NCBI GenBank assembly: GCA_025594325.1
Contig: JANHCV010000012.1
Coordinates: forward strand, 372,001 to 436,000
Direction of reading: 5' to 3'
Length of the DNA stretch: 64,000 nt
From: Blastocladiella emersonii ATCC 22665
Lineage: Eukaryota; Fungi; Blastocladiomycota
How positions within the stretch are numbered: the first letter of the stretch is position 1; every line of letters starts with the position of its first letter. The position numbers and the translations under genes are program-made. This document shows, one piece after another, positions 62,288 to 64,000 of this stretch. A model generated the notes under the pieces. That model had not been told where the DNA came from and did no database searches. It saw only the letters and a list, made by a program, of their open reading frames with translations.

Positions 62288-63517
62288 ATGGAACTGCCAA
62301 CTGGATGCATTAACGAGACTTTGGCCATTTTGCTTGACCACTCGCTGCAATCCAGCGCTTCGACCAACATGGAGCCCGCCTCCCGCCCACGAATCAATAT
62401 GCCGCACGTGCTCGAGAACATCCTCGTTCGCGCCGTGTTTGCGCACAACGACCCGTGCGACGTGGCCGGCTTCACACAGTACATGAAGGTTACCTTTGCT
62501 GAGGTTATCCCCGCAGTCCATTGCGCGGTCATCCAGCGATGCCTCAAGTTCCACGCGAATAACGCATTCGCAGCGGGTCGGGCCGCGGTACTCGAGAAGC
62601 GACGTCAGCTCGGCCTTTCGCTTCGCGCTACGCGCACTGCCATCCAAGCGGCGGCAAATATTCGCTCGCTTGCCGTCTTTGAGTGGCTTCGGGAGACCGG
62701 AGCGAGTTTGGATGCGAGCTGGCTGAACCCGCACGCATCCGCTGCACTTTACGGAGCTGTTTATGACCACCCGGCGAGCACTCCAGGCGACGCTTTTGTC
62801 CTAGAGAATCGAATCGTGACGCTCGAGGCGGCTCGCAATCTTGGTTTGACGTTGGCTGCTCCGAACACCAGCGTTCGCCAGCTGCGGCTCACTGCTTGCA
62901 CCATTGATCTTGCGCGACTGGTAGTACTTCGCTTTCCTGACAGCTTGGCCAAACTCGAGCTGGACCTGTACTGGTTGCCCCGCACTATTTCCGCAGATTC
63001 GTTCAAAGGTTGGCGATGGCCGCCGCACCTCGAACATCTCAAGCTCGCCAATATCGTGTTTGCCTCGACGACTATGCGTCCGCTGCTGCTGAAATTTCCC
63101 GCGACCCTGACGACATTTATCTTGGATGCATGTAACCTCGGCGACGACGGCGTACTCCGTGTCATCCAAAAGCTCCCGTCCACCCTGACAAGCCTCGGGC
63201 TCGTCGCTTGCGAAATCACGGGCAGCGGACTTGAACGCGTCCTTGTGCGGCTCCCAGTTTCTCTGACTAGCCTCGACCTCAGGTCAAACCGACTCAACTT
63301 CTTAGTTTACGAGAAATCGCGATGGGCGTTTCCCAGCCCGCTCACGCACCTTGTTCTCGACAATAACAGATTCAAACCGACGGGGATCGTCCCGCTTGGA
63401 AACGGAGTCCCTGCTGGACTCCAATCTTTGAGTCTCAAGTCCTGCGAACTGTTTTCCTGGGACCTTCATTACTTGCGAGCGCGGCTTCCCGGGCTCAAAA
63501 ACCTGGAACTTCGGTGA
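62288..63517 (+). CDS. F-box-like/ankyrin-like/LRR gene copy 5 (intact ORF)
   Basis: MPHVLENILVRA..HNDPCD, ankyrin-like ANNAFAAGRAAVL..FEWL, then LP..LT.L.L..C/N repeats; start at 62288 or 62369. Confidence 0.8.
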   Translation: MELPTGCINETLAILLDHSLQSSASTNMEPASRPRINMPHVLENILVRAVFAHNDPCDVAGFTQYMKVTFAEVIPAVHCAVIQRCLKFHANNAFAAGRAAVLEKRRQLGLSLRATRTAIQAAANIRSLAVFEWLRETGASLDASWLNPHASAALYGAVYDHPASTPGDAFVLENRIVTLEAARNLGLTLAAPNTSVRQLRLTACTIDLARLVVLRFPDSLAKLELDLYWLPRTISADSFKGWRWPPHLEHLKLANIVFASTTMRPLLLKFPATLTTFILDACNLGDDGVLRVIQKLPSTLTSLGLVACEITGSGLERVLVRLPVSLTSLDLRSNRLNFLVYEKSRWAFPSPLTHLVLDNNRFKPTGIVPLGNGVPAGLQSLSLKSCELFSWDLHYLRARLPGLKNLELR

Positions 63518-64000
63518 TCCGGATCCGCGTTGCCTTAAACAGCGCTTGCTGTGGAATTCAACTGAACTCAAACTGCTCAAGCACGTCGGTTACTGACGCG
63601 AAGCGACGTGGAGCTTCTGTTCTAGAAGCGGAAAAGGCGTAGTGGCGATCTGGGCGTCAAAAGACCATATATAGTACCTGCTGTATTGGGAATATTGAGG
63701 CGGCGGGTTCGCCTGTCAGGCGATGTGGGCGCCGTTTCAATGCCGAGTCTAAGCTTGGGCCGTTCGTCGGTTAGCCGAACAGTCCCGCTCTCTTCCATTC
63801 GTCAGATTGACTTCGTGACTTTTCTGAGATCTCTGCAAAACGATCCTAAGTGAAATGCGACACATTCGAGAGTCAAGGATATTGGTGACATGGGCCGCAC
63901 AGGCCCTTCCCGCCTTTCAACTCTGTCAAATGGCACGGATTATTGGGTAGTCAGCGCGACGTGGTTGAGTCGTGCTCCTCGTCCGGCCATCGGGCAAGGC

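Overview
Eukaryotic, very GC-rich genomic DNA with short (about 53-90 nt) spliceosomal introns (GT(A/G)CG donors, CTRAC-like branch sites, YAG acceptors). Fungal-type housekeeping genes together with the flagellar dynein assembly factor kintoun/DNAAF2 point to a zoosporic fungus, probably Blastocladiomycota (inference). Compact core blocks (about 1-18.2, 33.4-46.3 and 56.8-61.7 kb) carry ALG12, RPS31, G-gamma, SERINC, peroxiredoxin, ARPC1, NOC2, IBA57, PRE7, ABCG, VPS9, SPF30, MRPS16, SSL1, DNAAF2, PPIL1 and a thiol methyltransferase. They alternate with visibly lower-GC accessory blocks (about 18.2-21.8, 25.3-33.3, 46.4-56.7 and 61.7-64 kb). The accessory blocks hold five copies plus one relic of an F-box-like + ankyrin-like + LRR gene family (three copies disrupted), another F-box gene, a coiled-coil/chromodomain gene, a broken DUF4470-like gene and two kinds of MITE-like elements. 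A Ulp1/CE-clan-like protease lies tail-to-tail with a SUMO-like-domain fusion gene. Several apparent pseudo-enzymes and orphan genes also occur. No rRNA, tRNA or CRISPR array was recognised. All domain calls are by-eye motif recognition, not database searches.
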